The notes beneath the pieces are model-generated. The model had not been told where the DNA came from, ran no database searches, and worked only from the letters and a program-made list of their open reading frames with translations. This document shows positions 29,433 to 38,358 of a stretch of DNA of 64,000 nt, in pieces. Both the position numbers and the translations under genes were made by a program. The stretch is from contig JASGJH010000001.1 of NCBI GenBank assembly GCA_047601445.1, positions 8,736,001 through 8,800,000 of the forward strand, given 5' to 3'. This stretch comes from Myxococcales bacterium (GTDB taxonomy: Bacteria; Myxococcota_A; Polyangia; Polyangiales; DASUME01). Position 1 is the first letter of the stretch. Each line of letters opens with the position of its first letter.

Positions 29433-30283
29433 CGCGCGCTCCCTTCGAGACGCGCAGCGAACAGCGGGCCTTCGACGGAGTGCAAGGCTTCTACGAGCAC
29501 CAGAGCAGCTGCTGCCAGGGCGCCATGCGCTTCGGCGTGTACCTGCCGCCCCAGGCTCTGCGTGGCGAGCCCGTGCCGGTGCTCTACTATCTGGCGGGCC
29601 TTACCTGCACGGAAGAAACCTTCGCCATCAAGGCCGGTGCGCAGCGCTTGGCCGCAGAGCTCGGCCTCGCCGTCGTGACCTGCGACACCAGTCCGCGCGC
29701 GGTGCGTTTGCCCGGTGACGATACCGACTGGGACTTCGGCCTCGGCGCTGGCTTCTATCTGGATGCCACGCAAGCGCCTTGGTCCGGTCCCTATCGCATG
29801 TACAGCTACGTGACGCGCGAACTGCCAGCCCTCGTGGAGGCCCAGTTTCCCCTGCGCGCCTCGGCGCGCGGCGTGTTTGGACACTCCATGGGCGGCCACG
29901 GCGCGCTTACGGTCGCGCTCAAGAACCCGGGGCACTACCGCAGCGTGTCTGCCTTCGCGCCCATCGTGGCGCCGAGCGACGTGCCCTGGGGCCGCAAGGC
30001 CTTCACCCACTATCTCGGGCCCGAGCGCTCCGCCTGGTCGGCCCACGACACGGTGGCCCTCCTCTCGCACGCGCGCTTTGCCGGGAAGCTTCTGGTGGAC
30101 CAGGGCACCCAGGACAAATTCCTCGAGCGGGAGCTCAAGCCCGAGCTCCTGGTCTCAGCCTGCGAGCAAAGTGGCCAGGACTTCGAGCTGCGCATGCGCG
30201 ACGGGTACGACCACAGCTATTACTTCGTGGCCTCGTTCGTCGGCGAGCATCTGCGCCATCACGCCGAGGTGCTCTGGGGCTGA
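29429..30283 (+). CDS. fghA: S-formylglutathione hydrolase
   Basis: ATGA overlap with frmA; GLTC, WDFG.GAGFY, GHSMGG, GYDHSYY. Confidence 0.95.
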   Translation: MTRAPFETRSEQRAFDGVQGFYEHQSSCCQGAMRFGVYLPPQALRGEPVPVLYYLAGLTCTEETFAIKAGAQRLAAELGLAVVTCDTSPRAVRLPGDDTDWDFGLGAGFYLDATQAPWSGPYRMYSYVTRELPALVEAQFPLRASARGVFGHSMGGHGALTVALKNPGHYRSVSAFAPIVAPSDVPWGRKAFTHYLGPERSAWSAHDTVALLSHARFAGKLLVDQGTQDKFLERELKPELLVSACEQSGQDFELRMRDGYDHSYYFVASFVGEHLRHHAEVLWG

Positions 30284-31296
30284 GCTCCGCCCAGCAGGCG
30301 TGTGAGCTCGTTGGAGCGATAGAAGGGCGCGAGCACGGCGCGCACGCGCTCTTCCATGAAACCCGTGTCGTCGGCCTTGGCCAGGAGCGGTCCCAGGAAG
30401 GTCTCGAGCTCGGATTTCACCATCTGCTCGGTGACGCCCATGTCTTCGATCAAGGCGAGCACGCTGCCCTCGCCGTACTTGTCGAAGAACAGCCCCACCA
30501 GCTCGCCCATGATCTCGTGGAAGTAGGGCGTCTTGCGGAAGCGCAGCCAGAACTCGTAGCAAATCACCACGAAGTCCTCGATGTCGCGCGCGCCCACGAA
30601 GTTGAACGCCTCGGCCAGGCGCAGCGTCGAGAGCGCGTCCCATGCCTCGTCTGCCACGCTGCGTAGGGCGTCCTGGTCCACCACGTCGGTGAGATGACGC
30701 TGGGCATCGCGCACGATGCGGGCGCGGTGCTTCTCGATGTAGCGCCCCAAGAACTCCTCCACCTGGCGCTCCACCTCGGGCAGCACGCCCGCGAGCAGAC
30801 CCGAGGTGAGCTCGGACAGGCGCGCAGAGCGCGGCTCGGCGCGGGTGCGATCGCTGCGAAAGAGTAGGTCGAGCAGGCCGTGGGAGAGGATGCGCGAGGC
30901 AATGGAGGCGAAGGCGTTGCTGTTGGCAGCCATGGAGATGACTTCCTGGCGCACCGACTCGAGGGCCAGGAGCTTCTCGGTGAACTCCTCGTAGGTCGTA
31001 CGGCCCAGGATTTGACTCAGGGTGACGTCGGCACTGGCGGGCGACTGCACCACGCCGCGAGCCATTTCTCCGGCCAACTCCGTGATACCGCCGCTGACCC
31101 GCAGCTCGATCACCATGCGCTCGATCACACCGATGACCTGGTCGCGCGTGGCCAGATCGTTGAGGGGCACGTCCGCCAGCCACGCCATGGTCGCCCCGAT
31201 GTGCTCGTCGATCAGGCGCCTGAGTCCATCCCCGCGCAGGCGCGCGAGCTCGAACTTGACGTGGGCCTCGAGCAGGGTCTCTGCGAGCTCGTTCAT
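30259..31296 (-). CDS. Hypothetical all-helical protein co-transcribed with TetR
   Basis: ATGA overlap with TetR; native-like codon usage. Confidence 0.7.
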   Translation of the reverse strand: MNELAETLLEAHVKFELARLRGDGLRRLIDEHIGATMAWLADVPLNDLATRDQVIGVIERMVIELRVSGGITELAGEMARGVVQSPASADVTLSQILGRTTYEEFTEKLLALESVRQEVISMAANSNAFASIASRILSHGLLDLLFRSDRTRAEPRSARLSELTSGLLAGVLPEVERQVEEFLGRYIEKHRARIVRDAQRHLTDVVDQDALRSVADEAWDALSTLRLAEAFNFVGARDIEDFVVICYEFWLRFRKTPYFHEIMGELVGLFFDKYGEGSVLALIEDMGVTEQMVKSELETFLGPLLAKADDTGFMEERVRAVLAPFYRSNELTRLLGGAQPQSTSA

Positions 31297-31889
31297 GGAG
31301 CGCTCTCCTTACGAGCTTTGAGCTGGGCGGCCAGTCGTTGCAAGGCCTGGCTGCGCAGCTCGCTGCGCGCTGGTTCGGCCTCGGCGCCTTCCATCTCCAG
31401 CAATCGATTGAGTTCGTCCAGCAGCACCACCACGGCGGCGTGCGCTTGCCAGGGCTCGCAGCTGCAGGCGCCCTGCAGCGTCTGCGCGAGCACGTCGAGC
31501 TTTTGCCGCAGCCCAGCCCGGAAGTTGGCAAAGGCCCCGGCCTGCTCGGCCAGCACGAAGCGCACGAGCTCGCGATCCTGGGCCACGGCCTGGAACGCTG
31601 CGCTCACCAGGGCCTCCGGCACCCCCTGCCCGCCGCCGGCAGCCTCCTTCACGGCCTGCTCCAGCTGGGCGAGCGTGGGCACCACGAACTCGTTGATGAT
31701 GGCCCGGCCCAGCTCGTCCATGTCCGCGAAGTGCCGGTAGAACGAGGTCGGGGCGATGCCGGCCTCACGGGCCACTTCGCGCAGCCCCAGGCTCGAGAAA
31801 CCGTGGGCGGCGGCGACCTGCAGGGTGGCTCGCAACAGGGCGTGCCGGACCCGCTCCTTCTCTTCCTTCTTCTCGGGTGACGCGCGCAA
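31293..31889 (-). CDS. TetR-family regulator, FabR/DesT-like
   Basis: HTH LGLREVAREAGIAPTSFYRHFADMDELG; TTG start with GGAGG RBS; divergent from a desaturase. Confidence 0.85.
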   Translation of the reverse strand: MRASPEKKEEKERVRHALLRATLQVAAAHGFSSLGLREVAREAGIAPTSFYRHFADMDELGRAIINEFVVPTLAQLEQAVKEAAGGGQGVPEALVSAAFQAVAQDRELVRFVLAEQAGAFANFRAGLRQKLDVLAQTLQGACSCEPWQAHAAVVVLLDELNRLLEMEGAEAEPARSELRSQALQRLAAQLKARKESAP

Positions 31890-31937
31890 GGGCTGGGACC
31901 TCCAGAGTCGGCGCGGACATTACACCAGAATGCTTGT

Positions 31938-31967
31938 CAGGAACACATGTGCGCACACTTGTGCCGC
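31938..31967. promoter_or_regulatory. Two overlapping FabR/DesT-like operator boxes
   Basis: CAGGAACACATGTGCGCA and TGCGCACACTTGTGCCGC share the ACA-N2-TGT core with flanking GCG/CGC of FabR-type palindromes. Confidence 0.6.
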
Positions 31968-32170
31968 GCGATCGCGGGCGCTTTTTCACGATTCGGTCAC
32001 AAGATCGCGCCCGCGAGGTCGCAACTACCCGAATCGAGAAAGAAAACGTTGTCAGGGGTTTGTTCAGGCGCGCCGTGGCCGCTAAAGTCGCGGCGCCTTT
32101 TGGCCGAACCCTCTTCCAAAACGTGACGCGCGAGTGCCTCGCGCGAGCAAAACAAGGCTCCTCCATCAGC

Positions 32171-32974
32171 ATGAAGTCGTCTCGCGGGAAGATCCTTCGC
32201 TACACCATCGACCGCTTCACGGTCTTTTGGGTACTCCTCTTCTTCAGCGTCCAGCTGACGATCTGGTATTTCGCGCCGCCGTGGCTCGCCGCCGTGCTCG
32301 CGTTGCCGCTGTACTTCGCGTCCATGATGTCGGCGTGCATCCACCACAATCACCAGCACGTGAATGTGTTCCGGAAGTCCTGGCTCAACCGCGTCTTCGA
32401 GCTGCCGCTCACCATGCAGACGGGCGTCGGGCCGTACACCTGGGTGCTCCACCACAACCTTGGTCATCACCTGAACTATCTCGAGCAGCGTGACTACGAG
32501 AAGGGTGTCGACGAGTCGCGCTGGCTGCGCAAGAGCGGCGACAAGATGGGGCGCCTCGAGTATTCGGCGTTCCTGTTCGTGAAGCACCACTTCGACGTGT
32601 ACCAGGTCGGCAAGAAGCACCCGCGCATCTATCGCAACTACCTGCTCATGCGCATCCCGCTGTACACGGTGTTGGCGGTCTTGTTCTGGCTCAACCCGGC
32701 CAACACGCTGATCCTGTTCCTGGCGTTGCCCCTGGCCACGCTGTTCCACACCTGTGCGGCCACCTACGAGCACCACTCGGGGCTCGAGACCAAGGATCAC
32801 CTGCTGGCGAGCCGCAACAACACCAACAGGTTCTACAACATCCTCGCGCAGAACCTCGGCTATCACACGGCCCATCACACGCGTCCTGGCCTGCACTGGT
32901 CCGAGCTGCCGGCCTTCCACGAGCAGATCGTGGCGAGCATTCCGGCCGGCCAAATCAAGACCACGTTCTTCTGA
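32171..32974 (+). CDS. Membrane fatty acid desaturase
   Basis: His boxes HHNHQH, HHNLGHH, HTAHH. Confidence 0.88.
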   Translation: MKSSRGKILRYTIDRFTVFWVLLFFSVQLTIWYFAPPWLAAVLALPLYFASMMSACIHHNHQHVNVFRKSWLNRVFELPLTMQTGVGPYTWVLHHNLGHHLNYLEQRDYEKGVDESRWLRKSGDKMGRLEYSAFLFVKHHFDVYQVGKKHPRIYRNYLLMRIPLYTVLAVLFWLNPANTLILFLALPLATLFHTCAATYEHHSGLETKDHLLASRNNTNRFYNILAQNLGYHTAHHTRPGLHWSELPAFHEQIVASIPAGQIKTTFF

Positions 32975-32982
32975 GTTCGCGG

Positions 32983-33858
32983 GTGGGCAGCGACCAGGCA
33001 GTCGAGCTCACGGAGCTCCTCGGACGTACGGTGACGCTCTACGTGCAGCGTCTCGGCGCGCCAGGGGCGTTTTGCTCCTTGTCACGCGAGGCCAAGCCGA
33101 GTGACCCGTCGGTGCTCTTGCCGCGCAACGAGCTCGACGAGTACGTCCATGAGGGCGACGCGCTGGAAGCCTTCGTGTACCTCGACTCCGAGGACCGTCC
33201 GGTGGCGACCCTGGCGGAGCCGAAGCTCGAGCTCGGGCAGGTGGCCTTCCTCGAGGTGCGCGACGTCAATCGCTTTGGGGCGTTCGTGGACTGGGGCCTG
33301 CCCAAGCAACTTTTGGTACCGTTCAAGGAGCAGATCCGGGAGCTGGCACCGGGGGACTGGGAGCCCATCGCGCTCGACGTCGATCGCACGGGGCGCCTGG
33401 TAGGCACGATGCGCGTGCGAGAGTTCCTGGAGGACGGCGGCGCGTTCGAGCGCAATGAGTGGGTGCCGGGCGAGGCCTGGCGCTTCGAGCCGGCGATCGG
33501 GCTGTTCGTGATCATCGAGCGGCGCTACGTGGGCTTGTTGCCTGCCCACGAGCGACACGGGTTGAAGCGCGGGGAGCAGGCGCAGTTTCGCGTCTCCCAC
33601 GTGCAGCCAGACGGCAAGGTCGAGCTCTCGCTGCGCGGCTTGGGGCATGAAGAGCGGGCGAGCGACGGCGAGAAGATTCTGGCCAAGCTCAGGGCCGGCA
33701 AGGCGCCCGGACTTTCCGATCGCACCAGTCCCGAGGAGATCGACGCCCTGTTCGGGCTCAGCAAGAAGGCCTTCAAGCGGGCGATGGGCGGGCTGCTCAA
33801 GGAGGGCAGTGTGACCTTCGATCGCGACGGCTGCTTCGTGGTGCGCGAGAAGAAGTGA
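32983..33858 (+). CDS. cvfB: CvfB-family S1 RNA-binding protein
   Basis: YLDSEDR, GAFVDWGLPK, FGLSKKAFKRA winged helix. Confidence 0.9.
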   Translation: MGSDQAVELTELLGRTVTLYVQRLGAPGAFCSLSREAKPSDPSVLLPRNELDEYVHEGDALEAFVYLDSEDRPVATLAEPKLELGQVAFLEVRDVNRFGAFVDWGLPKQLLVPFKEQIRELAPGDWEPIALDVDRTGRLVGTMRVREFLEDGGAFERNEWVPGEAWRFEPAIGLFVIIERRYVGLLPAHERHGLKRGEQAQFRVSHVQPDGKVELSLRGLGHEERASDGEKILAKLRAGKAPGLSDRTSPEEIDALFGLSKKAFKRAMGGLLKEGSVTFDRDGCFVVREKK

Positions 33859-33887
33859 TGCGGGGCGAGGGCTGAACAGCCCGCGCG

Positions 33888-35255
33888 TCACTCGAGAAGG
33901 CCGGCGTTCAGTGCGGCGGCGGCCCTGACCTGCGCCTCGAGGGTGGTGGTGCTGGCTTGGATGACGTTCGCCGATTCGTTGAAGGCATCGGGCGCACAGG
34001 TGCCGAGCTTGAACTTGGCGACGGGTGTGGTGGCGCTGCTCATGAAGGCGTCGAGGGCACCCTGGAAGGCACCTTTGGCGGCGGAGCCGAGGTCGGCACC
34101 CGCGTCGATGATGAGCTTGGATTTCTGAAAGGCGGCCAGGATGTTGGGTAGACGCGCCTTGAGCGCCTGCACGTAGTACTTCCCTTGCTCCTGGGCAGGT
34201 GCGTCGGCGCTTGCCATGAAGGTGATGTCGACCTCGAGCGACGGCGGGGTGCACTCGACCTTCAAGCTGGCGTCGGCCTTGGTCTGCGCGTCGCAGCTCG
34301 CGCTGGCGTTGCACCCAGCCATGGTCATGCAGGCCGGCGGCTTGAAGTCGCCTTCGCACTTGCCCTTGCACGTGACGAAAGCCATCGCGTTGCCTTCGCA
34401 CTTGGCGGTGGCGTCGGCCGTGCAGGAGACCATGGGTCCGGAGACCGTGCACGCGCCGCTGCAGGTGCCGCTGCAGTCCGCGCCGACGTCACTCTCAATC
34501 GTGCAGCTGCCCTGACACATGCCGGTGCACTTACCCTGGCAAGTGCCTCCGTTCTGGGTGCCTTCGCAACCGCCGGAGCAGGTGCCATCGCAGGTGCCGC
34601 CACACGCGGCGTTCACATTGCCGGTTAGTGTGCAGGTGCCGGTGCACTCGCCGGTGCAGGCCACGGAAGGTCCCTTGGTGGTACAGGACGCGGTCGCGCC
34701 TGCTTCGCACGTCACCATGGCGCTGGCTTCGACCTCACAGCCACCCTTGCACTCGAAGGAGGCCGTGCCGGGATCGCAGCTGGCGTCGACCTCACAGCCT
34801 GCTTGGGCCTTGCAGTAAGCGCTGGCTTCGAAGCTGGCGTGGGCGTCGACCTCGCACCTGGCGGGCTCGGCCTTGACCTTGATGCTGGCCTGGGCGCTCG
34901 TGGTGAGCTTGGCCTTGATGGCGCCAGCGAGGCCGCCGCCCGAGGTGAGGTCTGCGGCCGTGATGCCGAAATCCGTCTCGAGGCCCTTGAGTTCGGTATC
35001 GATGCGGCGGGTGAGCGCGTCCGCGGTGGTCTCGAAGTCGAGTGCGGCCTTGAAGAACGCGTCCACCGAAGCGACGCCAGTGATTCCAGCTTGTCCCTTC
35101 GCAACGCTGGCCTCGCACGAGAAATCGCTGCTGCAGTGATCCGTGATGACCTCGGGTGAGTCCCCGCATCCCGCGTGTGCGAAGATACTCAAGGCACCTG
35201 CCAAAACGTTCGCGCCGAAGAGCACACGAGCTCTGGAGTTCACTCGTCGAAACAT
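33888..35255 (-). CDS. Cys-ladder lipoprotein, paralog A (455 aa)
   Basis: GGAGG RBS; lipobox HAGC30; 30-Cys central block with mirrored spacing. Confidence 0.85.
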   Translation of the reverse strand: MFRRVNSRARVLFGANVLAGALSIFAHAGCGDSPEVITDHCSSDFSCEASVAKGQAGITGVASVDAFFKAALDFETTADALTRRIDTELKGLETDFGITAADLTSGGGLAGAIKAKLTTSAQASIKVKAEPARCEVDAHASFEASAYCKAQAGCEVDASCDPGTASFECKGGCEVEASAMVTCEAGATASCTTKGPSVACTGECTGTCTLTGNVNAACGGTCDGTCSGGCEGTQNGGTCQGKCTGMCQGSCTIESDVGADCSGTCSGACTVSGPMVSCTADATAKCEGNAMAFVTCKGKCEGDFKPPACMTMAGCNASASCDAQTKADASLKVECTPPSLEVDITFMASADAPAQEQGKYYVQALKARLPNILAAFQKSKLIIDAGADLGSAAKGAFQGALDAFMSSATTPVAKFKLGTCAPDAFNESANVIQASTTTLEAQVRAAAALNAGLLE

Positions 35256-35271
35256 CGCTCAGCCTCCAACC

Positions 35272-35309
35272 AAAAGCAAAACGGCCGGAGGCTTGTGCCG
35301 CCGGCCGTT
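35272..35309 (-). terminator. Intrinsic terminator after paralog B
   Basis: Minus strand AACGGCCGGCGGC-ACAA-GCCTCCGGCCGTT followed by TTGCTTTT. Confidence 0.75.
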
Positions 35310-35333
35310 CATCCATGTGAATGCGAGGAGCGA

Positions 35334-36701
35334 TCAGCTGCCGATGAGTTCGGTGCTGAAGGCGCCAGCGGCCGTGACCTGAGCCTTCAGGTCGGCGGTG
35401 GCGCTCTGAATCTCGGTGGCCGACTCCTTGAAGGCGTCGGGGCCGCAGTGGATGAGCTTGTACTTGGCCACGGGGCTAACATCTCCCGACCCGAACGCGT
35501 CGATGGCACCCTGGAAGGCGCCGCTGGCGGTGGCGCCGAGGTCGGCACCGGCGTCGACGATGAGCTCGGACTTCTTGAGGGAGGCGAGGAGCTTGGGCAG
35601 ACGCGCCTTGAGCGCCTGCACGTAGAACTGCCCCTGCGCCTGTGCGGTGGCGTCGGCGCTCGCCATGAAGGCGATGTCGACCTCGATCGAGGGCGGCGTG
35701 CACTCGACCTTCAGGCTGGCGTCGGCCTTGGCCTGGGCGTCGCAGCTCGCGCTGGCGTCACACTTGGCCATGGCCATGCAGCTGGGCGGCTCGAAGTCGC
35801 CTTCGCACTTGCCCTTGCACATGACGGAAGCCATCGCGTTGCCTTCGCACTTGGCGGTGGCGTCGGCCGAGCAAGCGACCATGGGGCCGGAGACCGTGCA
35901 CTCACCGCTGCAGGTACCGTTGCACTGTGCTCCGACATCGCTGTCGATTTTGCAGCTGCCCTGACACATGCCGGTGCACTTGCCCTGGCAGGTGCCGCCC
36001 TTCTGGGTGCCTTCGCAGCCGCCGGAGCAGGTGCCGTCGCAGGTACCGCCGCAGGTGGCGTTCACGTTGCCGGAGAGCGTGCAGGTGCCTTTGCACTCGG
36101 CAGTGCAGGCCACGGAGGGGCCCTTGGTGGTGCACGAAGCGGTGGCGCCCGCTTCGCAGGTCACCATGGCGCTGGCTTCGACCTCGCAGCCACCCTTGCA
36201 CTCGAAGGAAGCCATGCCGGGATCGCAGCTGGCGTCGACCTGACAGTTTGCCTCGGCCTTGCACTGGGCGCTGGCTTCGAAGCTGGCGTGGGCGTCGACC
36301 TCGCACTTGGCGGGCTCGGCCTTCACCTTGATGCTGGCCTTGGCGCTCGCGGTGAGCTTGGCCTTGATGGCGCCGGCGAGGCCGCCACCGGTGGTGAGCT
36401 CGGCAGGCGTGATGCCGAAGTCAGCCTGCAGGCCCTTCAGCTCGGCGTCGATGCCACCGGCGAGCGTGTCGGCGGTGGTCTTGAAGTCGAGGGTCGCCTT
36501 GAAGAACGCGTCCACCGACGAGATGCCGGTCACCGCGAAGCCGCCCTTGGCGACGCTCTCGGTGCAGTCGAGACCGCAGATCTCCAGGCCCTTGGAGACC
36601 GGATTTTCATCGCAGCCGGGGGTCGTCAACAGGGCCGCGCCGGCCACCATGATGCCAGCGGCGCTGAGGGCACCGTAAAGTCGTGTCCTATCGAGCTTCA
36701 T
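35334..36701 (-). CDS. Cys-ladder lipoprotein, paralog B (455 aa)
   Basis: Lipobox TPGC30; same Cys pattern as A and C. Confidence 0.85.
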   Translation of the reverse strand: MKLDRTRLYGALSAAGIMVAGAALLTTPGCDENPVSKGLEICGLDCTESVAKGGFAVTGISSVDAFFKATLDFKTTADTLAGGIDAELKGLQADFGITPAELTTGGGLAGAIKAKLTASAKASIKVKAEPAKCEVDAHASFEASAQCKAEANCQVDASCDPGMASFECKGGCEVEASAMVTCEAGATASCTTKGPSVACTAECKGTCTLSGNVNATCGGTCDGTCSGGCEGTQKGGTCQGKCTGMCQGSCKIDSDVGAQCNGTCSGECTVSGPMVACSADATAKCEGNAMASVMCKGKCEGDFEPPSCMAMAKCDASASCDAQAKADASLKVECTPPSIEVDIAFMASADATAQAQGQFYVQALKARLPKLLASLKKSELIVDAGADLGATASGAFQGAIDAFGSGDVSPVAKYKLIHCGPDAFKESATEIQSATADLKAQVTAAGAFSTELIGS

Positions 36702-36927
36702 GAAATCACCTCTGCAGAATGTGGAAGTACGGTGGGCTTGTTCATTGCGGCGAAGCCGGTGTTGGCGCCGACCGCGGACGTGGGCACGGCCTGTCGCCGC
36801 ACATCATGGCCCCTTTGGGATGCTTGGGGCCGCATCATACACATCTCGGGCCGCGACGCAGCGCGGACGTGGGAGCTTCACCCGAGTCGGGGTGGTTCGC
36901 GCGCGCCCGCGTGAGTTCCCCTGAATT

Positions 36928-36966
36928 AAAAGCAAAACGGCCGGAGGCTTTGCGCCGCCGACCGTT
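36928..36966 (-). terminator. Intrinsic terminator after paralog C (near-copy of 35272-35309)
   Basis: Same hairpin and T tail; about 65 nt of 3' UTR duplicated. Confidence 0.75.
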
Positions 36967-36990
36967 CATCCGTGTGAATGCGAGGAGCGA

Positions 36991-38358
36991 TCAGCCGCCG
37001 ATGAGGTCGGTGCTGAAGGCGCCAGCGGCCGTGACCTGAGCCTGCAGGTCGGCGGTGGCGTTCTGGATCTCGGTGGCCGACTCCTTGAAGGCGTCGGGCG
37101 CGCAGGTGCCGAGCTTGAACTTGGCCACAGCGCTGACATCGCCGGAGGAGAAGGCGTCGAGGGCGCCCTGGAAGGCACCGCTGGCGGTGGCGCCGAGGTC
37201 GGCACCAGCGTCGATGATGAGCTCGGACTTCTTGAGGGCCGCGAGGAGCTTGGGCAGACGCGCCTTGAGCGACTGCACGTAGAACTCACCCTGGGCCTTG
37301 GCGGTGGCGTCGGCGCTCGCCATGAAGGCGATGTCGACCTCGAGCGAGGGCGGCGTGCACTCGACCTTCAGGCTGGCGTCGGCCTTGGCCTGGGCGTCGC
37401 AGCTCGCGCTGGCCTTGCAGTCGGCCATGGCCATGCAGCTGGGCGGCTCGAAGTCGCCTTCGCACTTGCCCTTGCACATGACGGAAGCCATCGCGTTGCC
37501 TTCGCACTTGGCGGTGGCGTCGGCCGTGCAGGAGACCATGGGTCCGGAGACCTTGCACTCGCCGCTGCAGCTGCCGTTGCACTGCGCGCCGACATCGCTG
37601 TCGATCTTGCAGGTGCCCTGACACATGCCGGTGCACTTGCCCTGGCAGGTGCCGCCGTTCTGGGTGCCTTCGCAGCCGCCGGAGCAGGTGCCTTCGCAGG
37701 TACCGCCGCAGGTGGCGTTCACGTTGCCCATGAGCGTGCAGGTGCCGGTGCACTCACCGGTGCAGGCCACGGACGGGCCCTTGGTGGTGCAGGAGGCGGT
37801 GGCGCCTGCTTCGCAGGTCACCATGGCGCTGGCCTCGACCTCGCAGCCACCCTTGCACTCGAAGGAAGCCATGCCGGGATCGCAGCTGGCGTCGACCTGA
37901 CAGTGTGCCTCGGCCTTGCACTGGGCGCTGGCCTCGAAGCTGGCGTGGGCGTCGACCTCGCACTTGGCGGGCTCGGCCTTGACCTTGATGCTGGCCTTGG
38001 CGCTCGCGGTGAGCTTGGCCTTGATGGCGCCGGCGAGGCCGCCACCGGTGGTGAGCTCGGCAGGCGTGATGCCGAAGTCAGCCTGCAGGCCCTTGAGCTC
38101 GGCGTCGATGCCGCCCGCGAGCGTGTCGGCGGTGGTCTTGAAGTCGACCGTGGCCTTGAAGAACGCGTCCACCGAGGAGATGCCCGTCACCGAGAACTGG
38201 CCCTTGGCCACGCTCTGGCTGCAGTCGAGACCGCACGCCTTGAGGCCCTGGTCGAGCGGCGAATCTTCGCAACCGGGCGCGGCCAGGAGGGTCACACCAC
38301 CGATGGTCAGGGCGACGGCGCTAAGAATGCCGCCAAGTTGTTTCGTACCTAGCTTCAT
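36991..38358 (-). CDS. Cys-ladder lipoprotein, paralog C (455 aa)
   Basis: GGGGAG RBS; lipobox APGC30; same Cys pattern. Confidence 0.85.
   Translation of the reverse strand: MKLGTKQLGGILSAVALTIGGVTLLAAPGCEDSPLDQGLKACGLDCSQSVAKGQFSVTGISSVDAFFKATVDFKTTADTLAGGIDAELKGLQADFGITPAELTTGGGLAGAIKAKLTASAKASIKVKAEPAKCEVDAHASFEASAQCKAEAHCQVDASCDPGMASFECKGGCEVEASAMVTCEAGATASCTTKGPSVACTGECTGTCTLMGNVNATCGGTCEGTCSGGCEGTQNGGTCQGKCTGMCQGTCKIDSDVGAQCNGSCSGECKVSGPMVSCTADATAKCEGNAMASVMCKGKCEGDFEPPSCMAMADCKASASCDAQAKADASLKVECTPPSLEVDIAFMASADATAKAQGEFYVQSLKARLPKLLAALKKSELIIDAGADLGATASGAFQGALDAFSSGDVSAVAKFKLGTCAPDAFKESATEIQNATADLQAQVTAAGAFSTDLIGG

Noticed and set aside
28592..30283. 563-aa extended FghA ORF
   Set aside because: The extension overlaps frmA out of frame; the ATGA-coupled start at 29429 gives the normal size
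33888..38358. Cys-rich proteins as ferredoxins, multiheme cytochromes or RiPP precursors
   Set aside because: No CxxCxxC or CxxCH motifs, signal peptides with lipoboxes are present, and no modifying enzymes are nearby
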